This document shows positions 48,080 to 58,165 of a stretch of DNA of 64,000 nucleotides, piece by piece (position 1 is the first letter of the stretch; every line of letters begins with the position of its first letter). Origin of the DNA: Candidatus Cloacimonadota bacterium (GTDB taxonomy: Bacteria > Cloacimonadota > Cloacimonadia > Cloacimonadales > TCS61). The stretch lies in contig JAGYMQ010000034.1 in the NCBI GenBank assembly GCA_018400535.1, positions 10,137 to 74,136 on the forward strand. The letters are read 5' to 3'. Both the position numbers and the translations under genes were made by a program. The notes under the pieces were generated by a model that did no database searches, had not been told where the DNA came from, and saw only the letters and a program-made list of their open reading frames with translations.

Positions 48080-49252
48080 TTACTTCACCTCCTTCATAGT
48101 AGATATGATCTCTTGGGGAGTGATCAATTCTCCATTGTTCTTTTGAATAGGAACGATGTTACGTGTTTTTCGACTTTCATAATTCCAAACACTTCCCATC
48201 GCTCGTTTCACCTCGTTAAGAAGTTGTCCTTGATTTAATTCTGGAACAAAAACTGTTCTCACGTTATGAAAATATTTGCGTAATGCGTCATCAGGAAAGG
48301 GCCAAATTGTGAGTGGACGGATCAAGCCGACTTTTTTACCGGATTTCCGTGCTTTGACAACGGCTGATTTTGCTGCTCTTGCTGTTATCCCAGCGGCAAA
48401 GATAGCTGAACGGGCATCCTCCATCATAAATGTTTCAAACTGGATCAATTCCCGCAGATGGTGAGTGATCTTTTTTTTCAGACGATCCATCATCACAGCA
48501 GCTTCATCAGAGCGATTGGTCGGGAAACCATAGGCATCATGGGCAAGACCTGTAACATGAAAGCGATAGCCTTCTCCATAACTCGCCATGGGTGAAATGT
48601 ATTTGGGATTTTCTTCGTAATGTTTATACCATTCAGGAGGTATTGTGGGATGAATTCGATGTATCAATTTCACGTTTTTCAGATCTGGAAGCATTACTGA
48701 TTCCCTCATATGCGCAAGCACTTCATCCGTGAGAAGCACGACGCAAGTACGGTATTTTTCTGCCAGATTGAATGCGCGGATCGTCAATTGATAGCTTTCC
48801 AGAACTGATTCGGGGTAAAGAACGATCGCCGGCGAATCACCGTGACTTCCCCAGCGGGTTTGCATAATATCGCCTTGTGATGGTTTGGTTGGAAGTCCGG
48901 TGCTGGGACCACCACGCATCACGTTGACAACAACGCAGGGAGTTTCAGTCATTTTGGCGAAGCCGATTCCTTCTTGCATCAATGAAAAACCGGGGCCGCT
49001 GGTGGCGGTCATAGCTTTTGCTCCAGCAAGAGAAGCACCGATAATAGCTGCGATACTAGCGATCTCGTCTTCCATCTGGATGAATCTGTTTCCCTTTTTG
49101 GGAAGTTCTTCGGAAAGTATCTCCGCGATCTCAGTCGAAGGTGTGATCGGATAACCTGCGAAAAAGTCAAGTCCGGCAGCTAACGCACCTTTTGCGATAG
49201 CTTCATTTCCTTGCATTAAAACAACAGGGTTTTTCTTTGAATATTTTGCCAT
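48080..49252 (-). CDS. 2-oxoacid:ferredoxin oxidoreductase alpha subunit (set 2)
   Basis: GYPITPSTEIAE and ATSGPGFSLM. The ATG at 49252 is preceded by AAGGAGA, so the track start at 49363 is an upstream extension that overlaps the delta gene. Confidence 0.88.
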   Translation of the reverse strand: MAKYSKKNPVVLMQGNEAIAKGALAAGLDFFAGYPITPSTEIAEILSEELPKKGNRFIQMEDEIASIAAIIGASLAGAKAMTATSGPGFSLMQEGIGFAKMTETPCVVVNVMRGGPSTGLPTKPSQGDIMQTRWGSHGDSPAIVLYPESVLESYQLTIRAFNLAEKYRTCVVLLTDEVLAHMRESVMLPDLKNVKLIHRIHPTIPPEWYKHYEENPKYISPMASYGEGYRFHVTGLAHDAYGFPTNRSDEAAVMMDRLKKKITHHLRELIQFETFMMEDARSAIFAAGITARAAKSAVVKARKSGKKVGLIRPLTIWPFPDDALRKYFHNVRTVFVPELNQGQLLNEVKRAMGSVWNYESRKTRNIVPIQKNNGELITPQEIISTMKEVK

Positions 49253-49262
49253 TTTTTCTCCT

Positions 49263-49583
49263 TCACTTTTCTTTTGCGCCGGTGATGGCGAAATTTGGAC
49301 ACAGGCGATCGCAGGTTTCACAATGAATACAGTTGTCAGGATTTTTGACATAAGGTGAACCATCGGGTTTTGCGGCTAAAACATTTGTGGGACAGAAAGC
49401 GATGCAAATTCCACATTTGACACACCAGTCATGGTAGATATAGACAGGAGATTTTTTATAATCTCCTTCAGTTTTGATGTCAGTATCCTCGACTTCCATT
49501 TTCGCGGTAGCATCATCAGATTTGATGACGATACCTTCAGGATTTTTCTCCACGTTTTTGGGCTCTTTCTCTTCTGGTCTCAT
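49263..49583 (-). CDS. 2-oxoacid:ferredoxin oxidoreductase delta subunit (set 2) with an acidic N-terminal extension
   Basis: CVKCGICIAFCP and CIHCETCDRLCP, preceded by roughly 50 charged residues. Confidence 0.75.
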   Translation of the reverse strand: MRPEEKEPKNVEKNPEGIVIKSDDATAKMEVEDTDIKTEGDYKKSPVYIYHDWCVKCGICIAFCPTNVLAAKPDGSPYVKNPDNCIHCETCDRLCPNFAITGAKEK

Positions 49584-49654
49584 TCCTTCTCCTAATATAT
49601 TTTTATTAAAAACAAAATAAATGAGAATTGGGTGGTTGATAAATTCATTGTAAT

Positions 49655-51649
49655 TTAAAGCTTTTTTAATTCGTAAATTCGATCCCTTATGGTTGCAGCC
49701 CGTTCGAAATCTAATTCGTTAGCTGCTGATTTCATCTCTTTCTCGAGTAAATTCATTATATCTTCTTTTGAGTCTAAGTGCAGATAATCTAAAAAGTTAT
49801 CCTTATCTGAACTCTCCTTTTTATTTACTTTTTTTCGATAACCGTCTGCCACGCTCGTAGAAGCCATTATGTCGTCAATATTTTTTTTGATTGTTTTGGG
49901 AGTTATGTTATTCTCTTGATTATAACGTAATTGTTTCTCTCTACGTCGTTCTGTTTCAGATATCGTTTCTTTCAAAGCTGGAGTGATCGTGTCCGCATAA
50001 AATATCACTTTGCCGTTTATGTTGCGCGCTGCCCTACCCGAAGTCTGGATAAGTGACCGAGTGGATCTTAAAAATCCAGCTTTGTCTGCATCCAGAATGG
50101 CGACCAGGGAAACTTCTGGCAAATCCAAGCCTTCTCGTAATAAATTTATTCCTACCAGCACATCGAATTTATCCAAACGAAGATCGCGGATAATGCGAGA
50201 ACGTTCGATCGTATCGATCTCGCTGTGAAGATAGCGCACGCGAATTCCTGCTTTATCCAGATATTTACTCAAATCTTCTGCCATTCTTTTGGTCAAAGTT
50301 GTTACCAATATTTTTTCTTTTTGAGGAGTGCGAATCCTGATCTGTTCCATCAGATCATCAACCTGATTTTGTATTGGTTTGATCTCAACTTGTGGATCAA
50401 CGAGTCCAGTCGGACGAATAACTTGTTCGGTAAAGACTCCAGCTGTTTTTTCCAATTCGTAGGGAGCGGGAGTTGCAGAAACATAGATGACTTGATGTAA
50501 ATGAGCTTCGAATTCATGAAATTTCAAAGGGCGATTATCAAAGGCTGAAGGAAGCCGGAATCCGTATTCCACCAGATTTTTTTTGCGAGTATAATCTCCG
50601 CCATACATAGCGCGGATCTGGGGAATCGTAGCGTGGGATTCGTCGATGAACATCAAAAAATCGTCGGGAAAATAATCTAAAAGGCAGTTAGGGGGATCGC
50701 CTTTTTTTGCTCCGGTAAGATGACGCGAATAATTTTCGATTCCAGAACAATATCCAATTTCATTCAGCATTTCCAGATCGAAATTTGTGCGTTGTTCGAT
50801 GCGTTGAGCTTCCAGAAGTTGATTATTTTTCTGGAAATGGGCGATGCGTTCTTTCAATTCTGTTTTGATAGAATTTATTGCTCGATGCAAAGAATTTTTG
50901 CTGGTGATAAAATGATTGGCTGGATAGATCGGATATTCTTCCACTTCTTCCAAAATTCTGTTACCAAGGGGATTTATCCGCGAAATACGTTCTATCTCAT
51001 CACCAAAAAATTCAATACGTATTGAATTTTCCAGATAAGCTGGATAGATATCTACAATATCGCCTTGGACACGGAAAGCACCTCGTTCAAATTCGATGTC
51101 ATTTCGGCCATAATGAATTGCGATCAATTGTTTGAGCAGATCATCGCGATCGATTGTCATGCCACATTTTATCCTGATGAGAGCGTCACGATATTCTTCG
51201 GGAGTGCCCAATCCATAAATGCAGGAAACGCTGGCAACGATGATCACATCATTTCTTTCCATCAAACTCATCGTGGCGTGCAAGCGCAATTTCTCGATCT
51301 GCTGATTGATGTCAGAATCTTTTTCGATGTAAATATCTTGACCTGGAATATAAGCTTCCGGTTGATAATAATCGTAGTAACTGATAAAATATTCTACTGC
51401 ATTGTGAGGAAAAAGTTGCTTGAATTCTCCGTATAACTGCGCTGCCAGAGTTTTATTGTGTGAGAGAACGAGTGTGGGTTTATTCACTTGTTCGATGACT
51501 TTTGCCATTGTGAAAGTTTTACCAGATCCGGTCACGCCCAGCAAAACTTGGTGTTTCTCACCAGTTTCGATCCCTTGAACAAGTTCGGAGATCGCTTGTG
51601 GCTGATCGCCAGTTGGCTCATAATTGGATAGGACTTTGAATTTTTTCAT
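49655..51649 (-). CDS. uvrB: Excinuclease ABC subunit B
   Basis: GVTGSGKTF Walker A, helicase motifs and a C-terminal UVR domain ([14 protein letters not shown]). Confidence 0.95.
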   Translation of the reverse strand: MKKFKVLSNYEPTGDQPQAISELVQGIETGEKHQVLLGVTGSGKTFTMAKVIEQVNKPTLVLSHNKTLAAQLYGEFKQLFPHNAVEYFISYYDYYQPEAYIPGQDIYIEKDSDINQQIEKLRLHATMSLMERNDVIIVASVSCIYGLGTPEEYRDALIRIKCGMTIDRDDLLKQLIAIHYGRNDIEFERGAFRVQGDIVDIYPAYLENSIRIEFFGDEIERISRINPLGNRILEEVEEYPIYPANHFITSKNSLHRAINSIKTELKERIAHFQKNNQLLEAQRIEQRTNFDLEMLNEIGYCSGIENYSRHLTGAKKGDPPNCLLDYFPDDFLMFIDESHATIPQIRAMYGGDYTRKKNLVEYGFRLPSAFDNRPLKFHEFEAHLHQVIYVSATPAPYELEKTAGVFTEQVIRPTGLVDPQVEIKPIQNQVDDLMEQIRIRTPQKEKILVTTLTKRMAEDLSKYLDKAGIRVRYLHSEIDTIERSRIIRDLRLDKFDVLVGINLLREGLDLPEVSLVAILDADKAGFLRSTRSLIQTSGRAARNINGKVIFYADTITPALKETISETERRREKQLRYNQENNITPKTIKKNIDDIMASTSVADGYRKKVNKKESSDKDNFLDYLHLDSKEDIMNLLEKEMKSAANELDFERAATIRDRIYELKKL

Positions 51650-51739
51650 AACCGATAAATTCTTTTGAATAGTAAATAATGCAACTAATATTTCTATTTA
51701 TCGATTTTTTTTTGCTCTATTGCAGATTTTAGATGATTG

Positions 51740-51782
51740 TAAAAAATAAGAATCCCAAAAGATTTTATTTTCTTTTGGGATT
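51740..51782 (-). terminator. Rho-independent terminator after cca
   Basis: A 12-bp stem gaatcccaaaag/cttttgggattc is followed on the minus strand by ttatttttt. Confidence 0.8.
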
Positions 51783-51801
51783 CATTGATCTTTTGAGAAA
51801 A

Positions 51802-53541
51802 TTATTCGGTTTCTTTTTTGTCTTTTTCTGAATCAGTTTTGTGTTGCTTCTTCTCTGCTAAAAAGTCTTTTGTTCCACTCACGATGCCTTGATAAATCTC
51901 TTGAGCAAAATGAGCAACTTTGGGAGCATTTTCTTTGATCGTTTCATTGATCGTTTTGGATGCTTTCTTCAAAAATTCTTCTGTTGGTGGTTTTGCTTTA
52001 GTATAGCCATCTTTTGCTCCCTGCAGAGCTTCTTTGGTCAAAGTTTCCACTTTTTCTTTTGTGCTCAATTCTTCAGCTTTTGAAGTCGTGATGATCTCTT
52101 TGGTGATATTTCTAACTGCTTTCAACACATCTTCTCCAGCGTGAATTGCTTTGACTACTGCATCATGAACTTTTTCTCTGGTTTTACTGTCGTTCATTTT
52201 TCCTCCTCGACTAATAAAATTTAAGATCTTTTCTTTATCCCAAGTTGGATTTTCAAGCCAGATATCCGTTGCTTTTTTCAATATATTTCCAACTTTCTTT
52301 CCCGGTTCAATACCAAAATGGAAAATAACATCTTTCCCTGAAACTGGCAACTTTTTTTCTGTAATTTCTTTTTCTAGTTCGGCTAATTTTTTTTTTATTT
52401 TTGGAATCTGTTCAGGCATCGAATGCGCTGAGGCGTGCGCCAGATTATCGGCATGCATCAATTCTAATAGCAAGTCAGAATCTTTTCTTACTTTGAACAA
52501 AAATTTACGTAAATGTTTATTTTTCAGATTCTTAAGATTTTTGCCAAAAGATTTGAAAGCAAGATGATAGTGTATCAATTTGGAAACGAGCGCAATGGTT
52601 TCTTTCGAATATTTCATTCTTTTTAAAATCGTGTGCGCCATTATGGCTCCCACTTTTTCATGATTATAAAAGTGCACGCCTGTTTCATTTACGCTGCGTG
52701 TGTTCGGTTTGGCAATGTCATGAAATAACGCAGCCAAGCGCAATTCAAGATCGGCTCTGGTATTTTTCAAAACTGCTAAAGTGTGTTCAAAAACATCTTT
52801 GTCGTGATATTTGTTTTGTTGGACATTTTTCATGCTGGAAATTTCTGGAATAAACTGATCTATCAGTTTTGAGTTCATCAAGAGCTGTATTCCCCGTAGC
52901 GGATCGGGAGAAAGCAAGATCAAATTGAATTCATCGCGAATTCTTTCTGTAGAAATATTATTTATTTTTTTTGAATTGAAAATGATCGCTCGCCAGGTAT
53001 TTTCGATAATTCTAAAATCTAATTGCACCGCAAAACGGATCGCTCTCAACATTCTCAATGGATCTTCTGTAAATACTTTCGCTGGGTCAGAAATTGTGCG
53101 AATAATTTTATTTTGGATATCTTTTTTCCCAAGTTTTGTCATATCTATAATTTCACCAGTAGCAATGTTTTTCAGCAAACTGTTGATCGTGAAATCCCGT
53201 CTTTTGATATCTTCTTCCAGACTGGCGTGTTGCACTTCTGGCTTTCGATCTTTTGCACGATAAGATTCAGAACGCGTCATCACAAATTCAAGTTCATAAT
53301 CCCGAATTCGAACTTGTGATGTGCCAAAGTTCTTGAATATAATTGGTTGTGAACTTATTCCTTTTTTATAAAGAAAATTTGCTAACTTGATTCCACCATT
53401 ATCGAGATCAACTACCAGATCAATATCTTTACTTTCTTTTCCTATTATCTGGTCTCGCACATAGCCGCCGACGAGGAAAACGTGATTTTCAAAATTTGTT
53501 CCAGAAATTGTTTTTACAAGTAACTTTTCGATTTGTTTCAT
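51802..53541 (-). CDS. cca: CCA-adding tRNA nucleotidyltransferase (class II, HD domain) with a long C-terminal extension
   Basis: GGYVRDQIIGKESKDIDLVV nucleotidyltransferase motif, RRDFTINS and the HD motif ALFHDIAKP. A roughly 130-aa K/E/T-rich tail follows. Confidence 0.8.
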   Translation of the reverse strand: MKQIEKLLVKTISGTNFENHVFLVGGYVRDQIIGKESKDIDLVVDLDNGGIKLANFLYKKGISSQPIIFKNFGTSQVRIRDYELEFVMTRSESYRAKDRKPEVQHASLEEDIKRRDFTINSLLKNIATGEIIDMTKLGKKDIQNKIIRTISDPAKVFTEDPLRMLRAIRFAVQLDFRIIENTWRAIIFNSKKINNISTERIRDEFNLILLSPDPLRGIQLLMNSKLIDQFIPEISSMKNVQQNKYHDKDVFEHTLAVLKNTRADLELRLAALFHDIAKPNTRSVNETGVHFYNHEKVGAIMAHTILKRMKYSKETIALVSKLIHYHLAFKSFGKNLKNLKNKHLRKFLFKVRKDSDLLLELMHADNLAHASAHSMPEQIPKIKKKLAELEKEITEKKLPVSGKDVIFHFGIEPGKKVGNILKKATDIWLENPTWDKEKILNFISRGGKMNDSKTREKVHDAVVKAIHAGEDVLKAVRNITKEIITTSKAEELSTKEKVETLTKEALQGAKDGYTKAKPPTEEFLKKASKTINETIKENAPKVAHFAQEIYQGIVSGTKDFLAEKKQHKTDSEKDKKETE

Positions 53542-53542
53542 A

Positions 53543-54274
53543 TTAGTAGTAAAACTTATTTTTCTCTAATTGGAAAGCAAGAAATTGAGAAACAGTAGCG
53601 ATTGCGGCAGTTTCAGCCCGCACGATATGATTTCCCAGCGAAAATGTTGGAATTTCTTTTTCTGCAAAAAGATCGATCTCTTGCGAAGTGAATCCGCCTT
53701 CCGGTCCGATTATCAGACAAAATTTTTCAGCAGGATTTTGTTTCAAACGATCGCGTAAATTTTGTTGTGCTTTTGTTTCTAAGCCAACTAGAGCTTGATA
53801 GGATTTCAAATTATCGAGCAAGTCGGGCAGTTTTTGCACTTTGGCAATTTCTGGCAAAAAAGCATTATCACATTGTTTGATAGCTGAAATTGCTACCTTG
53901 GTAAATTTCTGAAGAGTGTTTTTGTTTGGCTTGCGCATTGTCCTTTCAGTTTGGATAGGGAAGAATGCTTTCACTCCAAGTTCTGTCAATTTTTCCACGA
54001 TCAGATTGTCGTGTTTGTTTTTCAAAAGAGAAAAAGCAACTGCCAGTTTTGGTGAGCCAAACTTCTGCGGCAAAACATTTTCGATCAGGGCTTTGATGAT
54101 ATTTTTTTCAATCTTATCGATTTTTGCAGTTGCCAGAAGTCCTTTGCCGTTCGTGAGCAAAATTTCGTTGCCCGGTTTTTTGCGCAGGACGTGAGCCAAA
54201 TGATGAAATTCTGTGCCAGAAATTTCGATCTTTTCCATTTTGGAATAAAGTTCGGGTGTATAAAAACAGGGCAT
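53543..54274 (-). CDS. rsmE: 16S rRNA (uracil1498-N3)-methyltransferase RsmE
   Basis: GTEFHHLAHVLRKKPG and IIGPEGGFTSQEI motifs. The ATG at 54274 is preceded by GGAGA. Confidence 0.8.
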   Translation of the reverse strand: MPCFYTPELYSKMEKIEISGTEFHHLAHVLRKKPGNEILLTNGKGLLATAKIDKIEKNIIKALIENVLPQKFGSPKLAVAFSLLKNKHDNLIVEKLTELGVKAFFPIQTERTMRKPNKNTLQKFTKVAISAIKQCDNAFLPEIAKVQKLPDLLDNLKSYQALVGLETKAQQNLRDRLKQNPAEKFCLIIGPEGGFTSQEIDLFAEKEIPTFSLGNHIVRAETAAIATVSQFLAFQLEKNKFYY

Positions 54275-54347
54275 ATTTTCTCCAAAAATCAGGAACAATT
54301 TAAAAAGGCGATAAATTAATTATCTTCCAAAAAGAAGGAAGAAAATA

Positions 54348-55505
54348 TCAGTAAAAAAAGTCTTTGATTTTTCCCAAAATACTTTTACCAGGCTGCAATT
54401 TTTTTTCTGAGTCGAATTTTGCCAGCTCTTGAAAAAGTTGCTTTTCTTCTGATCTCAATCTTGTGGGAGTGATCACTCTCATTTTCACATAAAGATCGCC
54501 ATGGTAGGAGCTATTTACATGAGGCAAGCCTTGAGCTCGCAGGCGAAAGACTTTACCCGATTGAGTTCCAGCCGGGATCTTCATTTTCACTTTTCCCGAT
54601 AGGGTGGGAACTTTTATCTCTGTTCCCAAAGCAGCTTGCGAAAAACTGATCGGAAATTCGCAGATGAGATCAGCTTCATTGCGCTCAAAAATTTCATGCT
54701 CTTTTTCTCTGATGTGAACAAGAATATCGCCTTTTGCACCTTGATTTGGACCCACGTTTCCTTGCCCGCGCATTCTGATGTATTGTCCTTCAGAAACTCC
54801 AGCTGGAATTGATATGGTTACAGTTTTTACGTGCTTAATTCTGCCTTCGCCATGACATTGTGGACATTTATTTTTGATGATCTTTCCAGAACCATGACAG
54901 GATGGACATTCCACGACCGTCTGCATATGACCGAAAAGGGATCGTGTCGTTTGTTTGACGCGGCCAGAACCGCGGCATTGATCACAAGTGGCAACTTTTC
55001 CATCAGCAGAACCCGTTCCGTTGCAGGCTTTACAAGTATCCTGCACATTAATTTTGATCTTTTTTTCCACACCTTTGGCGATTTCTTCCAGCGTGAGAGA
55101 AAGCGAGATCTGAAGGTCTTCGCCACGATTGGATTGTTGTGATCTTCGTCCAGCTCCACCAAAACCGGCTCCGAAAAGATGTTCGAAAATGCTGCCGAAT
55201 CCGCTATCTCCGAAGATATCCGAAAAATCGGAAGCGTGTGTAAAATTTTCCCAGCTGAAACCGCCACCGCCGAATGCACCTTCCAAGCCGGCATGACCAT
55301 ATTGATCATATTTTTGTCGTTTATCTTTATCGCTCAGAACTTCGTAGGCTTCGGATGCTTCCTTGAATTTATTCTCTGCTTCTTTGTCGTTTTTTGTTTT
55401 ATCTGGATGATATTTCATTGCCAGACGACGGTAGGCTTTTTTTATCTCTGCCTGACTGGCATTTTTATCCAGACCCAGAACTTCGTAATAATCTCTTTTT
55501 GACAT
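54348..55505 (-). CDS. dnaJ: Molecular chaperone DnaJ
   Basis: J-domain with HPD, a G/F region and four CxxCxGxG zinc-finger repeats. Confidence 0.95.
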   Translation of the reverse strand: MSKRDYYEVLGLDKNASQAEIKKAYRRLAMKYHPDKTKNDKEAENKFKEASEAYEVLSDKDKRQKYDQYGHAGLEGAFGGGGFSWENFTHASDFSDIFGDSGFGSIFEHLFGAGFGGAGRRSQQSNRGEDLQISLSLTLEEIAKGVEKKIKINVQDTCKACNGTGSADGKVATCDQCRGSGRVKQTTRSLFGHMQTVVECPSCHGSGKIIKNKCPQCHGEGRIKHVKTVTISIPAGVSEGQYIRMRGQGNVGPNQGAKGDILVHIREKEHEIFERNEADLICEFPISFSQAALGTEIKVPTLSGKVKMKIPAGTQSGKVFRLRAQGLPHVNSSYHGDLYVKMRVITPTRLRSEEKQLFQELAKFDSEKKLQPGKSILGKIKDFFY

Positions 55506-55520
55506 TCAAATTCCTATTTA

Positions 55521-55553
55521 ACAAAAATTGGTCGGACCTTTTCAGATCCGACC
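55521..55553 (-). terminator. Intergenic hairpin (partial terminator or processing site) between dnaK and dnaJ
   Basis: Stem ggtcgga/tccgacc, followed on the minus strand by aatttttgtt. Confidence 0.55.
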
Positions 55554-55562
55554 TTTTTTTAT

Positions 55563-57557
55563 CTATTTTTCGTCATCATCATCGACGACTTCATAATCTG
55601 CATCTACTGCTTCGTCATCTTTATTCTCTTGCTTGTTTTGTTCTTGTTGCTGACGCATATTCTCCGCATTGAATTCTGCGTTGCTCGTGTTTTGTTCACC
55701 TGCTCCACCACTTTGTGCAGCTTGTTGCTTTTGCATTTCAGCATAAACGATCTCACCGATCTTACGAGATTTTTCAGCAAGTTCATTTTTGACTTTTTCG
55801 TATTCATCTTTGGAAGCGTTTTGTTTGTTCATTTCTTCCATTTTCTCTTTTGCTTCTTTGATGGCGTCCTCGATTTGCTTTTTCTCATTTTCTTTCAATT
55901 TATCACCATGTTCTTTCAAGCTTTTTTCGGTAGAGAAAATGAGAGTATCCAATTCGTTGCGAGATTGAATGGATTCCTTTTTCTTTTTGTCTTCTTCAGC
56001 ATGAGCTTCAGCGTCTTTCACCATTCTGTCGATCTCTTCTTCGTCCAAAGTTCCCGTGCGCTCTATTTTGATCGATTGTTCTTTGCCTGTTCCTTTATCT
56101 TTGGCGTTCACATGAAGAATACCGTTTGCATCGATATCAAAAGTTACTTCGATCTGTGGAACGCCCCGCGGAGCTGGTGGGATGCCAGTCAATTCAAAAT
56201 TTCCTAAGCGCCGATTATCTTTTGCCATCGATCTTTCACCTTGCAAAACAACAATAGAAACAGCTGGTTGATTATCTTGTGCTGTAGAAAAAACCTGACT
56301 TTTCTTGGTGGGAATTGTTGTGTTTCTTTCGATGAGTGTGGTCATCACGCCGCCCAAAGTTTCGATTCCGAGAGAAAGAGGAGTCACATCCAGAAGCAGA
56401 ATATCATTCAGGTCTTCATCGCCTGCCAGAATTCCGCCTTGAATCGCAGCTCCGATCGCCACAACTTCATCTGGATTAACGCCTTTATTCGGTTTTTTCT
56501 CAAAAAATTTCTCTACTGCTTCGATCACGGCTGGAACGCGTGTGCTGCCGCCAACAAGCAGGATTTCATCGACATCATTGACCGATAATTTTGCGTCTTT
56601 TAAAGCTAATTTACAAGGTTCGATCGAACGATCGATAAGATCCGATATCATGCGATTGAATTGGGAACGAGAAAGCTCCAGATTCAAGTGTTTTGGGCCG
56701 GATGAATCAGCTGTGATAAAGGGTAGATTGATGCTGGTAGATTGTGTGCCAGAAAGTTCGATCTTTGCTTTTTCTGCTGCTTCACGAATTCGTTGTAAAG
56801 CCATTGCATCTTTGGAAAGATCGATTCCTTCTTGTTTTTTAAATTCACTCAGGATCCAGTCCATGATCTTTTTATCAAAGTCATCGCCACCCAGATGAGT
56901 ATCACCATTTGTAGAGAGAACTTCGACGACGCCTTCAGCAACTTCCAGAATGGAGATATCAAAAGTTCCACCGCCAAGATCATAAACAGCGACCTTTTCT
57001 TCTTTTTTGCTATCAAGGCCATAAGCGAGAGCTGCTGCTGTCGGTTCATTGATAATCCTTTTTACATCCAAACCAGCGATCTTGCCAGCATCTTTGGTTG
57101 CTTGTCTTTGTGCGTCATTGAAATAAGCAGGAACAGTGATGACAGCTTCTTTGATTTCAGAGCCAAGATGAGATTCTGCTGTTTCTTTCATTTTTGTCAG
57201 GATCATCGCTGAAATTTCTTGTGGTGTAAAATCTTTATTTTCCAGATCAATGTGGACAACGACATCTCCGTGATTGCCCGATTTTACGACATAACTGACA
57301 TTATCCTTTTCTGATCCAACTTCGTTCAATTGACGACCCATGAATCTTTTGATCGACGAGATCGTGTTTTTGGGATTGGTCACCGCTTGATGTTTAGCCA
57401 GCTGTCCGACCAATCTTTGTTTATCTTTTGTAAATCCAACGACAGATGGCGTTGTGCGTGTGCCTTCTGCATTTTGGATTACAGTGGGTTTACCACCTTC
57501 CATAACGCTAACGCAGGAATTTGTGGTGCCCAGATCGATTCCGATTATTTTACCCAT
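55563..57557 (-). CDS. dnaK: Molecular chaperone DnaK (Hsp70)
   Basis: [21 protein letters not shown] and a full-length Hsp70 sequence. Confidence 0.97.
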   Translation of the reverse strand: MGKIIGIDLGTTNSCVSVMEGGKPTVIQNAEGTRTTPSVVGFTKDKQRLVGQLAKHQAVTNPKNTISSIKRFMGRQLNEVGSEKDNVSYVVKSGNHGDVVVHIDLENKDFTPQEISAMILTKMKETAESHLGSEIKEAVITVPAYFNDAQRQATKDAGKIAGLDVKRIINEPTAAALAYGLDSKKEEKVAVYDLGGGTFDISILEVAEGVVEVLSTNGDTHLGGDDFDKKIMDWILSEFKKQEGIDLSKDAMALQRIREAAEKAKIELSGTQSTSINLPFITADSSGPKHLNLELSRSQFNRMISDLIDRSIEPCKLALKDAKLSVNDVDEILLVGGSTRVPAVIEAVEKFFEKKPNKGVNPDEVVAIGAAIQGGILAGDEDLNDILLLDVTPLSLGIETLGGVMTTLIERNTTIPTKKSQVFSTAQDNQPAVSIVVLQGERSMAKDNRRLGNFELTGIPPAPRGVPQIEVTFDIDANGILHVNAKDKGTGKEQSIKIERTGTLDEEEIDRMVKDAEAHAEEDKKKKESIQSRNELDTLIFSTEKSLKEHGDKLKENEKKQIEDAIKEAKEKMEEMNKQNASKDEYEKVKNELAEKSRKIGEIVYAEMQKQQAAQSGGAGEQNTSNAEFNAENMRQQQEQNKQENKDDEAVDADYEVVDDDDEK

Positions 57558-57565
57558 GTTTCCTC

Positions 57566-58165
57566 CTATTTATCCTTTTTTTTGTCATTTAGTTTTTCGC
57601 CGTTTGAAACTGCAACACGCGCTGGTCTGATCACTTTTTCATTCATCATATAGCCATTTCGAATGACAGCAGTGACGATATTTTCCTTTTTATCGGAAGG
57701 AATATGAGCCAGTGCTTCGTGCAGTTGTGGATCGAATTCTTTATTTTCTGCTTCGATTTTTTTTACGCCTTCTTTCTTAATGAGATCATTTAGTTGATCA
57801 AAAATTAGTCCGATACCTTTTTCAAAAGCTTCTCGATTATTTTCTGTATCAGGATGTAAAGCTCTTTCAAAATTATCTACCACATCACAGATCTCCAAAA
57901 TAAGGCGTTTATTAGCATTCTTGATCCAATCTGCTTTTTCCACGAAAGAGCGTTTGCGGAAATTTTCAAATTCGGCTGCACGGCGCAGCAGTTTTTCTTT
58001 CAATTCGGCATTTTCTTTTTTTAATAACTCAAATTTTTCTTCCAAAGAAAGTTCTTTTTTTTCTTCTTCATTTTCGGATACTTCTTTTTTTGTTTCTTCT
58101 AAGGATGATTCTTTCGTTTCTTGATCCGGTTTTTTCTTTTTATCTTTTTTATCTTTTTTGCTCAT
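57566..58165 (-). CDS. grpE: Nucleotide exchange factor GrpE
   Basis: AEFENFRKR motif and position between hrcA and dnaK. Confidence 0.9.
   Translation of the reverse strand: MSKKDKKDKKKKPDQETKESSLEETKKEVSENEEEKKELSLEEKFELLKKENAELKEKLLRRAAEFENFRKRSFVEKADWIKNANKRLILEICDVVDNFERALHPDTENNREAFEKGIGLIFDQLNDLIKKEGVKKIEAENKEFDPQLHEALAHIPSDKKENIVTAVIRNGYMMNEKVIRPARVAVSNGEKLNDKKKDK

Noticed and set aside
48080-49363. Long N-terminal extensions in the ORF track. Examples are the OFOR alpha set 2 start at 49363, hrcA at 59273, fumarase beta at 30712, mvhG at 36941, eno at 5539 and OFOR beta at 44557.
   Set aside because: In each case an internal ATG sits behind a strong AGGAG-type RBS. It removes the overlap with the upstream gene and restores the conserved family N-terminus, so I used the shorter coordinates.
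51653-51712. cgataaat…atttatcg inverted repeat followed by T9 on the plus strand, resembling a plus-strand terminator upstream of uvrB.
   Set aside because: There is no plus-strand gene for it to terminate, the loop is about 35 nt, and the stem is AT-only. It is more likely part of the AT-rich uvrB promoter region.
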